From a virus (taxonomy: Duplodnaviria > Caudoviricetes), in IMG/VR virus record IMGVR_UViG_3300028581_000002, positions 1 to 51,834 of that record: 51,834 nucleotides of DNA. The stretch is one strand, 5' to 3'. The notes under the pieces were generated by a model that worked only from the letters and a program-made list of their open reading frames with translations, ran no database searches and was not told the DNA's origin. Below, piece by piece: positions 36,158 to 42,909 of the stretch (its first letter is position 1; each line of letters begins with the position of its first letter). A program made the position numbers and the translations under genes.

Positions 36158-36395
36158 ATTTTTCAGCCTCCTTATACTTTTGTTCATCGTACTCAAACCT
36201 ATTACTCTTTGAGATAGGCGTTTGATATTTGATTCCTTCTATTTCTTTTTTGCATTGTGGACATACTCTAGGATCACAACAAACATTTTTACAAGGCATC
36301 CTTGAATTGATATAAAACTCCTCTATACTGTATCCTATATCAATATGATCAAATACAAATCCACAATCACAAACTGGTTTCATTTTTACCCACAT
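36144..36395 (-). CDS. Zn-ribbon protein
   Basis: CDCG...CPQC. Confidence 0.6.
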   Translation of the reverse strand: MWVKMKPVCDCGFVFDHIDIGYSIEEFYINSRMPCKNVCCDPRVCPQCKKEIEGIKYQTPISKSNRFEYDEQKYKEAEKYENK

Positions 36396-36418
36396 ATTAT
36401 TTACCCAAAATAAAGAAA

Positions 36419-36432
36419 GAAGCCTAAGCTTC
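36419..36432 (-). terminator. Repeated GAAGC-TTAG-GCTTC hairpin, copy 1
   Basis: Stop codon lies in the loop; U-rich tail. Confidence 0.7.
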
Positions 36433-36702
36433 CTTCCCTAATCCTTCATTTTTCTTTTCATTATCTGCTGTCCACACACTTACGGTCTTAACAACTCGGT
36501 CAATCGTATTCTCAAATTTAGTACTTGCTGCTGATGCTGCCATCCCCGCTATAAAGAAACTTCCCACCGCAATACAAACTTTTCCTATTCTTTTTGTACT
36601 GTCAGGGGTTGTTACCTTAATAAGGTTGCCTACAACCGCGCCTACTCCTATTGAGATAACTATTGCTCCTGTTATCTTTACCACATTTAGTGCTTTATTC
36701 AT
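36424..36702 (-). CDS. Cassette gene, two-helix membrane protein
   Basis: Own promoter and RBS; ends ...KEA-stop. Confidence 0.7.
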   Translation of the reverse strand: MNKALNVVKITGAIVISIGVGAVVGNLIKVTTPDSTKRIGKVCIAVGSFFIAGMAASAASTKFENTIDRVVKTVSVWTADNEKKNEGLGKEA

Positions 36703-36730
36703 AATAATTCTCCTCTCAAATTTAGATTCT

Positions 36731-36755
36731 ATTATAGAGTGTGTTTTACCCGCGA
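36731..36755 (-). promoter_or_regulatory. Phage promoter motif copy
   Basis: TCGC GGGTAAA ACA CACTC TATAAT. Confidence 0.8.
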
Positions 36756-36757
36756 AA

Positions 36758-37351
36758 TCAGGACCTTGTGGTGTTTGTTTTACCATTACCATTGAAATAT
36801 ATATGATTTGTTGGTATTGACTGAATACCCGGGGCATAATGATCATATGCTCCACACCATTCTCTAACAACTTTTAAGGCTTTTTCTGATGGTGTTTTTT
36901 TAAGATTCTTAGGCATTACGCTAAATTGATTATCGCTAAGCACAACTTCTTTAACTGTGTCTGGAAATTTGTTAGAATTAACACGATTCATTGTAACGCA
37001 AAGTACTTTCCCAACCTCAGCATAATCAATTTCTTCCATAAAATCAAAATCATATTCTCCATCACCAGATACATCTTTACTACCGCATAATAACTGAGCA
37101 AGTAAATATATTTCTTTTTCTGTGAATCCATATTGCAGTTTGACATGTTCTTCGTAACGTACGTCCGTAACAGGCGCCACTGCTTCTATGTATTTTGCCT
37201 CAACTGGTATTGCGTTTGTAACAATCTCAACATCCGTATGTAAGGCACATCTTGCCATTGTCGCTATCACGAGAATAAATAATAGAAACATTAACAATCT
37301 GTTTAGAATGCTCCTTCTCTGTCTTTCCTCTTTGCTTTTGTATTTTATCAT
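36758..37351 (-). CDS. Membrane-anchored SleB/Hydrolase_2-like cell wall hydrolase
   Basis: EIYLLAQL...MNRVNSNKFPDTVKEVV...NQFS...IYF; N-terminal TM helix. Confidence 0.75.
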   Translation of the reverse strand: MIKYKSKEERQRRSILNRLLMFLLFILVIATMARCALHTDVEIVTNAIPVEAKYIEAVAPVTDVRYEEHVKLQYGFTEKEIYLLAQLLCGSKDVSGDGEYDFDFMEEIDYAEVGKVLCVTMNRVNSNKFPDTVKEVVLSDNQFSVMPKNLKKTPSEKALKVVREWCGAYDHYAPGIQSIPTNHIYFNGNGKTNTTRS

Positions 37352-37365
37352 GCTTTGTCTCCTTC

Positions 37366-37485
37366 TTATTTCGTATGTGACATCATAAATAATCCTATTA
37401 TGAGTATTATAAATAATATTATATCTAACGCTATAAAACATCCAAGTATAATTTCGTAAACTTGATAATAACAGGTTCTTTTCAT
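37366..37485 (-). CDS. Small membrane protein, 39 aa (not in ORF track)
   Basis: RBS AGGAG; long hydrophobic run. Confidence 0.5.
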   Translation of the reverse strand: MKRTCYYQVYEIILGCFIALDIILFIILIIGLFMMSHTK

Positions 37486-37511
37486 ACACTCACTCCTAGA
37501 CAAAAATAAGA

Positions 37512-37539
37512 AGAGACACTTAATTTCTTAAATGCCTCT
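37512..37539 (-). terminator. Intrinsic terminator
   Basis: AGAGGCATTTAA-GAAA-TTAAGTGTCTCT followed by a U-rich tail. Confidence 0.7.
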
Positions 37540-37547
37540 GCTTTATT

Positions 37548-37775
37548 CTATTGTACTACGTTCTCAGCGACTTCGCCAAGGTTTCCAAATCCGTCCATGA
37601 TTGCCCCATCTGGTGACAAAGTGTCCATCGCATCCAGTAGTTCATCGCCTCCGCTAGATAGCTTTCTGATTATTACAATCCCCGCTACCACGCCTACAAC
37701 AATTAATGCTCCTTTAATGATTTTACCTTTGTTTCCTTTGATGAATTCAACCAAGGTACTTTTCTTTTCGTCCAT
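37548..37775 (-). CDS. Cassette gene, single-pass membrane protein
   Basis: Own promoter, RBS and terminator. Confidence 0.7.
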   Translation of the reverse strand: MDEKKSTLVEFIKGNKGKIIKGALIVVGVVAGIVIIRKLSSGGDELLDAMDTLSPDGAIMDGFGNLGEVAENVVQ

Positions 37776-37812
37776 GATGATTTCTCCTTTTCAATATAGT
37801 ATTTTTATTTCT

Positions 37813-37837
37813 ATTATAGCCTATGTAATTCTTGCGA
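37813..37837 (-). promoter_or_regulatory. Phage promoter motif copy
   Basis: TCGC AAGAATT ACA TAGGC TATAAT. Confidence 0.8.
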
Positions 37838-37859
37838 GCTAAATTAGTCGCAAGTATAG

Positions 37860-38663
37860 CTATTTCATAAATTTTGGCACGACCTCATAATTCAGAACTA
37901 TGCAAGGTTCGCCCTCTTCTGTAAGTTGAGTGCTAAAAGATATTTCAACTAATCCTTTGTCAAGATCCCAGCCCATTTGATCACCAAGTTTATTTCCTGC
38001 CAATCCAAGCCCATAATATAACTCATTCACAGTCATGAATCCGTCTGTCATTAATGAATGATTAAGATCATTTACAACACGTCTTATTTGCTCAATATCA
38101 TTCTTGAAATATCGTCCGGATAAGCTATCATAACATGTCACACTGCCCTTGCCTGTGAATATAATCTCGTTCTTACTAGCTGGATCCCTTTTTACACGAT
38201 CAGCAGAAATATCATCCCTGACCTTTAATTCTTTATTCTTACCAATAGTCTCGACTACCTTATGCTTGTATTCTTTGAATGCCGCTTCTGTTATACCATA
38301 TAAGCTAGCTAAGGCAGCGTTACGTCGTAATGATATTTGATTAGCACTAATGATACATGCTATGGTTACTGCTCCCATCGTCACTGTAGGAATATAACAC
38401 TTCCAGGTCAACTTCACAATTTCCATCTTCGTCAAATCAGGCAATATCATATCTGGTAGACTATCGTTGTAATATCCTCGATCATCTAACTCCTGGTCCA
38501 TAATTGATAAAGCCCTCGGCGTTGCCTTAACTGCAAATATAACCGTCCCTAAAAGTCCAGCAACAGCAATCCCGGTGAGAATTGTCGGACTATTTTGGGA
38601 AATTACACCCCCGAGGTTTTTTGCCGCTTGAGTTAATCCATTTCCTTCACTAAAACTCTTCAT
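37860..38663 (-). CDS. Phage protein (DUF6353-like), paralog of 28053..28994
   Basis: NSPTIL, RNAALASLY and SGRYF motifs. Confidence 0.7.
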   Translation of the reverse strand: MKSFSEGNGLTQAAKNLGGVISQNSPTILTGIAVAGLLGTVIFAVKATPRALSIMDQELDDRGYYNDSLPDMILPDLTKMEIVKLTWKCYIPTVTMGAVTIACIISANQISLRRNAALASLYGITEAAFKEYKHKVVETIGKNKELKVRDDISADRVKRDPASKNEIIFTGKGSVTCYDSLSGRYFKNDIEQIRRVVNDLNHSLMTDGFMTVNELYYGLGLAGNKLGDQMGWDLDKGLVEISFSTQLTEEGEPCIVLNYEVVPKFMK

Positions 38664-38758
38664 TTGTGACTCCCTTCAAGATTTAATCTTCTGTGGTTTG
38701 CATGTCATACTAGCACATTATAAACATGATATTTCTCCTTTCAAGAAAAATATAAAAA

Positions 38759-38843
38759 GAAATGTACAGGATTCGAACCTGCGACATCTAGTGCTTCCAT
38801 ATAATTTCCGCATCTATCGCTCTACCAACTGAGCTAACATCTC
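38759..38843 (-). tRNA. tRNA-like RNA with aberrant, enlarged anticodon arm
   Basis: 7-bp acceptor stem, D arm TAGCTCAGTTGGTAGAGC, T arm GCAGG-TTCGAAT-CCTGT; about 30-nt anticodon region; no CCA. Confidence 0.75.
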
Positions 38844-38847
38844 TTTC

Positions 38848-38872
38848 ATTATAACCTGTGTAATTTTCGCGA
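38848..38872 (-). promoter_or_regulatory. Phage promoter motif copy
   Basis: TCGC GAAAATT ACA CAGGT TATAAT. Confidence 0.8.
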
Positions 38873-38878
38873 ATTTAA

Positions 38879-39010
38879 CTAATCCTTTGCAATCAACCGT
38901 AGGATAAATGCTCCTGTTACTAACACGGTTCCAACGAGTAATTCCTCCAATATCTCCTTCTTCCTATTTTTTCTGTACTCTTTCACAACTACAAAATTCT
39001 GTTTTGACAT
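38879..39010 (-). CDS. Small membrane protein
   Basis: RBS GAAAGGTGG before ATG 39010; C-terminal hydrophobic helix. Confidence 0.55.
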   Translation of the reverse strand: MSKQNFVVVKEYRKNRKKEILEELLVGTVLVTGAFILRLIAKD

Positions 39011-39034
39011 GGCATTCCCACCTTTCAAATAAAA

Positions 39035-39120
39035 ATAATGAAGGGTAATCTTTCTCCAATCCACGGGTATGTGGTTCACGAATCGAACGTGACTTCCTAA
39101 TAAATTTTACTCTTCATTAT
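39035..39120 (-). ncRNA. Promoter-driven RNA with a canonical T arm
   Basis: TCACG-TTCGATT-CGTGA and CCAC-N6-GTGG hairpins closed by a 14-bp terminal inverted repeat. Confidence 0.6.
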
Positions 39121-39140
39121 AACATGTGTAATTTTCGCGA
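39116..39140 (-). promoter_or_regulatory. Phage promoter motif copy
   Basis: TCGC GAAAATT ACA CATGT TATAAT. Confidence 0.8.
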
Positions 39141-39141
39141 C

Positions 39142-40389
39142 CTATCTGCCAGCACAATTGTAGCAATACAACTTCCTTGTTTTCTCGTTTTCCACGACTG
39201 TGGTTTCTTCACCACAAAATGGACATTTACGTGGATACTGTTCTGTGTTAGATCTTGTTAGATTCTCTTTAACTTCTGGAACTATTTTGTTCGCTTTGAA
39301 TACATCTAACTTATCACCAACTCCAACCATCAGGTCCTCAAATATCTTTAATGAGTGTAAATTTGCTTGTTTGACAATAGTTCCCTCAAGTGCTAACGGT
39401 TCAAACAATACTACAGGTGTAATCAATCCTGTTGCGCTTACACTCCATTTCATGCCGGTTACAGTGGTTAATGCTGATATATCCGGCCATTTAAACGCCA
39501 TACTATGCTTGGGGAACTTAGCCGTAGTACCTAATGAGTTGCCATATTCTATATCATTAAGAGATAACACAAGACCATCCACAGGGAACTCGAAATTCTC
39601 AACCCCGTCCGTATAATGCTGTATTTGGTGTTTTAATTCAAAATTCAACACTTTAGAATATGGTACAACATTGAATCCAAAATCCCTTAAATGCTCTAGT
39701 TCTTCACTTCTCTGTGTAGTATGCCAAGGTAATCCTTGGAGTAATACAACAGAATGAGCAACAAAAGATATATGTCTTAATAAGATAGACGTCGTTTTAC
39801 TAGCGTTTATAAGTCCTGCTACCATGTTACGAGGATTACTGAATCTTTCACCTTCTTGAGTCTTCTTAATTTGAGCAAACTCACTGATCGATAGACAACC
39901 TTCCCCACGGACAATTACTTCGCCCTTCATAGACTTCATATTTATGGTTTTTGGTACATTACGCATGAGTATAACATTCTTAGTAATGTCCTTACCATAA
40001 TGACCATCTCCGCGACTTACAGCTCTTTGTAATATACCGTCTAAGTAATATAATACAATGGACATACCATCGAGCTTCCATGATAATATACCTTCTCGTT
40101 CGCCTAGGAAATATAGCAAATCATCTATATTTTTGGTATCCTTTAGCGAAAGAATAGACATATAATGCCTTATCTTACCATCTTGAAGCTCTTCAAATCC
40201 AACTTTTGTTGTCGGCGACTCATATAGGGTTACGCCCGTATCTTCTTCCAGGCTTGATAGTTCAGATAAGAACCTATCGTATTGTCTATCAGTAATAGGC
40301 GATTCGTCTTCACCGGAATAATACTTACTCCTAGCATCGTATAGAATATCAATTAAATCCGCCATACGCGCTTCCTTATTAAGATCCAT
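39142..40389 (-). CDS. ligA: NAD-dependent DNA ligase, minimal form lacking HhH and BRCT
   Basis: YY...D..YD, KLDG, SRGDG..G, VRGE, NPRN, DGLV and AFK motifs, OB fold, terminal CPFC...CYNC. Confidence 0.9.
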   Translation of the reverse strand: MDLNKEARMADLIDILYDARSKYYSGEDESPITDRQYDRFLSELSSLEEDTGVTLYESPTTKVGFEELQDGKIRHYMSILSLKDTKNIDDLLYFLGEREGILSWKLDGMSIVLYYLDGILQRAVSRGDGHYGKDITKNVILMRNVPKTINMKSMKGEVIVRGEGCLSISEFAQIKKTQEGERFSNPRNMVAGLINASKTTSILLRHISFVAHSVVLLQGLPWHTTQRSEELEHLRDFGFNVVPYSKVLNFELKHQIQHYTDGVENFEFPVDGLVLSLNDIEYGNSLGTTAKFPKHSMAFKWPDISALTTVTGMKWSVSATGLITPVVLFEPLALEGTIVKQANLHSLKIFEDLMVGVGDKLDVFKANKIVPEVKENLTRSNTEQYPRKCPFCGEETTVVENEKTRKLYCYNCAGR

Positions 40390-40431
40390 GATAATTTCTC
40401 CTTTCAAGAAAAATATAAAACTGCTTTGTAA

Positions 40432-40599
40432 TCACAGCGAAAAGAAGAAGCCTAAGCTTCCATCTTTTTGTTTCTTCAAATATTGACGTTCCTTTATTAC
40501 TCTTACTAATGCCATCATACCAGTATCAATAATCTTAACTGTGCTATATACGCCCAATACCATTATTACTACTGTTATTACTTTACTAGTTTTATCCAT
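40432..40599 (-). CDS. Cassette gene, 55-aa membrane protein (not in ORF track)
   Basis: Promoter 40629-40653, RBS AGGAGG, MDKTSKVITVVIMVLGVY... Confidence 0.65.
   Translation of the reverse strand: MDKTSKVITVVIMVLGVYSTVKIIDTGMMALVRVIKERQYLKKQKDGSLGFFFSL
40447..40460 (-). terminator. Repeated GAAGC-TTAG-GCTTC hairpin, copy 2
   Basis: Sequence identity with the other copies. Confidence 0.65.
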
Positions 40600-40628
40600 T
40601 ATAAATTCCTCCTAATATTTTATCTTTC

Positions 40629-40653
40629 ATTATATGCTAAGTAATACTCGCGA
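40629..40653 (-). promoter_or_regulatory. Phage promoter motif copy
   Basis: TCGC GAGTATT ACT TAGCA TATAAT. Confidence 0.8.
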
Positions 40654-40660
40654 GGCAAAT

Positions 40661-40802
40661 AAAAAGAATCCGTCGTCGCGTCGAACTGACTATCGCGGCC
40701 CCAATTACTTTATACTTCCTAAGACCGTCCGTTTTCGAGTTGCCACTCTTTCAGGCTTTATTGTTGTAGACAGTTACCTCTACAATCAAACTCTATTCTT
40801 TT
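40661..40802 (-). ncRNA. Promoter-driven structured RNA of about 140 nt
   Basis: No RBS or ORF between two promoters; AAAAGAAT/ATTCTTTT closing stem; TTGTAGA/TCTACAA and GAGT/ACTC hairpins; U tail. Confidence 0.6.
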
Positions 40803-40803
40803 C

Positions 40804-40828
40804 ATTATACGCTAAGTAATTGCTGCGA
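40804..40828 (-). promoter_or_regulatory. Phage promoter motif copy
   Basis: TCGC AGCAATT ACT TAGCG TATAAT. Confidence 0.8.
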
Positions 40829-40837
40829 GCAAAGAAG

Positions 40838-40851
40838 AAAGCCTAAGCTTC
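40838..40851 (-). terminator. Repeated hairpin, copy 3 (GAAGC-TTAG-GCTTT)
   Basis: Just after the stop of 40857..41057. Confidence 0.65.
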
Positions 40852-40856
40852 TCCTT

Positions 40857-41057
40857 TCAACTAATTTCAAATCGTTCCAATTTCATAATTTCGATTAATA
40901 TCTTTTTGTATGATGCGTCATCTATTTCTCCAATACTATGAAGTTCCTTGTAACATGCAATTGCGTTAGCACGTCTTAAAGAATCTCCTATAGTGTTTAA
41001 TGAGGGTATAGCTTGTAATGCATTTCCTAACCATTTACTATGTTCTCCATTAGTCAT
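40857..41057 (-). CDS. Cassette gene, hypothetical 66 aa
   Basis: Own promoter, AGGAGG RBS and terminator. Confidence 0.7.
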   Translation of the reverse strand: MTNGEHSKWLGNALQAIPSLNTIGDSLRRANAIACYKELHSIGEIDDASYKKILIEIMKLERFEIS

Positions 41058-41083
41058 TTTAGTTCCTCCTATAATTTAGTTTC

Positions 41084-41108
41084 ATTATAACCTATGTAAT
41101 CCCCGCGA
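41084..41108 (-). promoter_or_regulatory. Phage promoter motif copy
   Basis: TCGC GGGGATT ACA TAGGT TATAAT. Confidence 0.8.
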
Positions 41109-41121
41109 GGAAGAAAAGAAG

Positions 41122-41135
41122 AAAGCCTAAGCTTC
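41122..41135 (-). terminator. Repeated hairpin, copy 4
   Basis: Stop codon lies in the loop. Confidence 0.7.
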
Positions 41136-41390
41136 TTCGTTTTTCCTTATTCCCATGATACGTTCTACCTCTGAGAATAACTCTTCACGTCCTTGATTAG
41201 TCAATCCTTCTTTTTTCTTTTTACTATTAAGTACCATTTGCATTCCTTCCAAAACTGGTTTCAATTCATTATACTTACTGATACGTCCATCGTAATATCT
41301 CATTTGACCATAACCTTTTACAAGTATTGCCAAACTACTTATTACTCCTAAACCTATAGTAATCAATAATGCTTTTTCACTTTTGTTCAT
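41127..41390 (-). CDS. Cassette gene, membrane-anchored 87 aa
   Basis: Own promoter and RBS; ends ...EEA-stop. Confidence 0.7.
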   Translation of the reverse strand: MNKSEKALLITIGLGVISSLAILVKGYGQMRYYDGRISKYNELKPVLEGMQMVLNSKKKKEGLTNQGREELFSEVERIMGIRKNEEA

Positions 41391-41419
41391 AATATAATCC
41401 TCCTAATAATTTTTATTCT

Positions 41420-41444
41420 ATTATAGGACATGAATATTATGCGA
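41420..41444 (-). promoter_or_regulatory. Phage promoter motif copy
   Basis: TCGC ATAATAT TCA TGTCC TATAAT. Confidence 0.75.
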
Positions 41445-41446
41445 GA

Positions 41447-41815
41447 CTATTTTGTTAGTTCTTTCATGTAGTCTCTTTTTTCTTCACCGACTCCGGAACA
41501 ACATTTCATTTTTGTTAGATCCTCGTCCACAACCGCACGTAAAAGTAATAGATAGTTGATATGGTCTGTAATTTTCTCATTCCACATCTCAACCGAATAG
41601 TCCTTGTTACTTGCACACATATCATAGACCGATACTGTATGCTTAGCCATCATACCAGCAAGTGCAAAACGTGTGCTACAACCTTGTAATTCAGCAGCCA
41701 CCTTAAAGTTATGTAATCTATCGTCTGTTGCATATTCTACAGCCTTCTGTACTAATACATCCGTAGAACGTTTAATCTGTTCATCTAGTACCTTGTTAAA
41801 ATCTTCTGTTTTCAT
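41447..41815 (-). CDS. All-alpha nucleotide-modification-associated (DUF1599-like) protein
   Basis: K..EYA...DRLHNFK...EKITDHINYLLLL. Confidence 0.55.
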   Translation of the reverse strand: MKTEDFNKVLDEQIKRSTDVLVQKAVEYATDDRLHNFKVAAELQGCSTRFALAGMMAKHTVSVYDMCASNKDYSVEMWNEKITDHINYLLLLRAVVDEDLTKMKCCSGVGEEKRDYMKELTK

Positions 41816-41834
41816 TTGTAATTCCTCCATATTT

Positions 41835-41954
41835 TTATTTTTTGTTAGATTTTAGTTCTTCTAATTCTTTCTTTTGCTCATTGTACATACAAATTAATCC
41901 TACGAGTAATATTGTCTCTATGCCAATTATTGCTCCGAATATGAAATTCACCAT
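41835..41954 (-). CDS. Small membrane protein, 39 aa (not in ORF track)
   Basis: RBS GAGGAGG; MVNFIFGAIIGIETILLVGLIC. Confidence 0.55.
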   Translation of the reverse strand: MVNFIFGAIIGIETILLVGLICMYNEQKKELEELKSNKK

Positions 41955-41987
41955 TGATTAACCTCCTCTCCAATATGTAAAAAGAAA

Positions 41988-42001
41988 GAAGCCTAAGCTT
42001 C
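41988..42001 (-). terminator. Repeated hairpin, copy 5
   Basis: Stop codon lies in the loop. Confidence 0.7.
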
Positions 42002-42121
42002 CTCTTGTACTTCTACATCTTCTGTTCTGTTGATCCATAAAACGCCTTCGATAATTACGGGTATCAATAATAGCAATCCAATATACATTGCTTCTCTTGT
42101 TTCCATAAATTTCATAAACAT
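41993..42121 (-). CDS. Cassette gene, 42-aa membrane peptide
   Basis: Own promoter, AGAAAGGAG RBS; ends ...EEA-stop. Confidence 0.65.
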   Translation of the reverse strand: MFMKFMETREAMYIGLLLLIPVIIEGVLWINRTEDVEVQEEA

Positions 42122-42152
42122 TTTTATAATCTCCTTTCTATAATATAGTTCT

Positions 42153-42177
42153 ATTATAGGCAATGTTTTGAATGCGA
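42153..42177 (-). promoter_or_regulatory. Phage promoter motif copy
   Basis: TCGC ATTCAAA ACA TTGCC TATAAT. Confidence 0.8.
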
Positions 42178-42228
42178 GGGAAAATATAAGACCATCTGTA
42201 AACAAAACGAAAAGGGGAAGGCGTGTTG

Positions 42229-42513
42229 TTACACACGCCCTTTTAAGACAAACCCCATTGCTTTACTTGTTATCACATTAACATCTTCATATGCAACAAT
42301 TATTATTATACCTAACAAACTACCTGTTACGGTGGCTATTGTATCCCAGCTAATCTTTCGATCTTTTACTTTACTTTGCGCATCGTAAAGTGTAGCTAGG
42401 TTCTTCGCCATCGCAGTGTATTCCTCTGTGTTCGGTTCTAATTGTTTCATCTTTGTCAATATTGATTCCATTTCTTTCGTCAAACTGTCTGTCTTTTTTT
42501 GCTTAAATATCAT
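42229..42513 (-). CDS. First early-region gene, membrane-associated protein
   Basis: ISWDT...VITSKAMGFVLKGRV; its stop lies in the loop of a GGCGTGT/ACACGCC hairpin. Confidence 0.7.
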   Translation of the reverse strand: MIFKQKKTDSLTKEMESILTKMKQLEPNTEEYTAMAKNLATLYDAQSKVKDRKISWDTIATVTGSLLGIIIIVAYEDVNVITSKAMGFVLKGRV

Positions 42514-42540
42514 TTCGCCTTCTCCTCTCAATTTTCTTTC

Positions 42541-42565
42541 ATTATAGCGCGTGTTTTAATTGCGA
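42541..42565 (-). promoter_or_regulatory. Phage promoter motif copy (start of the early region)
   Basis: TCGC AATTAAA ACA CGCGC TATAAT. Confidence 0.8.
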
Positions 42566-42569
42566 GGGA

Positions 42570-42908
42570 TTAGGCTTTGTCTGATATTTGGTCAACCGTA
42601 AATGTAACAGTCTTCTTTTTAGCAAGGTTCTCAAGCTCATCGTTGAACTCAAATTTGTAAACATCCTTCTCAGGATTGCTTGGATCCACTTTCAATACTC
42701 CGTCCGTAACAGTCTCTGGCAGCCCTGTAACTATACTGGTAAGCATGGAATATGCGCCAGCAACTAGACAGATGGATACTGTACGACCCCAATTAGTATC
42801 GTTCATAGCACTACCAACGGTAATCAAACCTAGGGCTGTTTGGGCCATAGTCTTAATTGCACGTATTAATGCTGCCTGAAACCAAGCTATTGTCATCTTA
42901 TTTGGCAT
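42570..42908 (-). CDS. Holin (r1t-like) with C-terminal extension
   Basis: AALIRAIKTMAQT...W.......AG..S.LTS..GLPE. Confidence 0.8.
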   Translation of the reverse strand: MPNKMTIAWFQAALIRAIKTMAQTALGLITVGSAMNDTNWGRTVSICLVAGAYSMLTSIVTGLPETVTDGVLKVDPSNPEKDVYKFEFNDELENLAKKKTVTFTVDQISDKA

Positions 42909-42909
42909 A

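Noticed and set aside
38759-38843. Canonical decoding tRNA or attP site
   Set aside because: No 7-nt anticodon loop can be assigned; no integrase in the genome
40715-40760. Hammerhead ribozyme (CUGAAAGAG...GAAA on the minus strand)
   Set aside because: Core is not CUGANGA, and stems I and III could not be formed by eye
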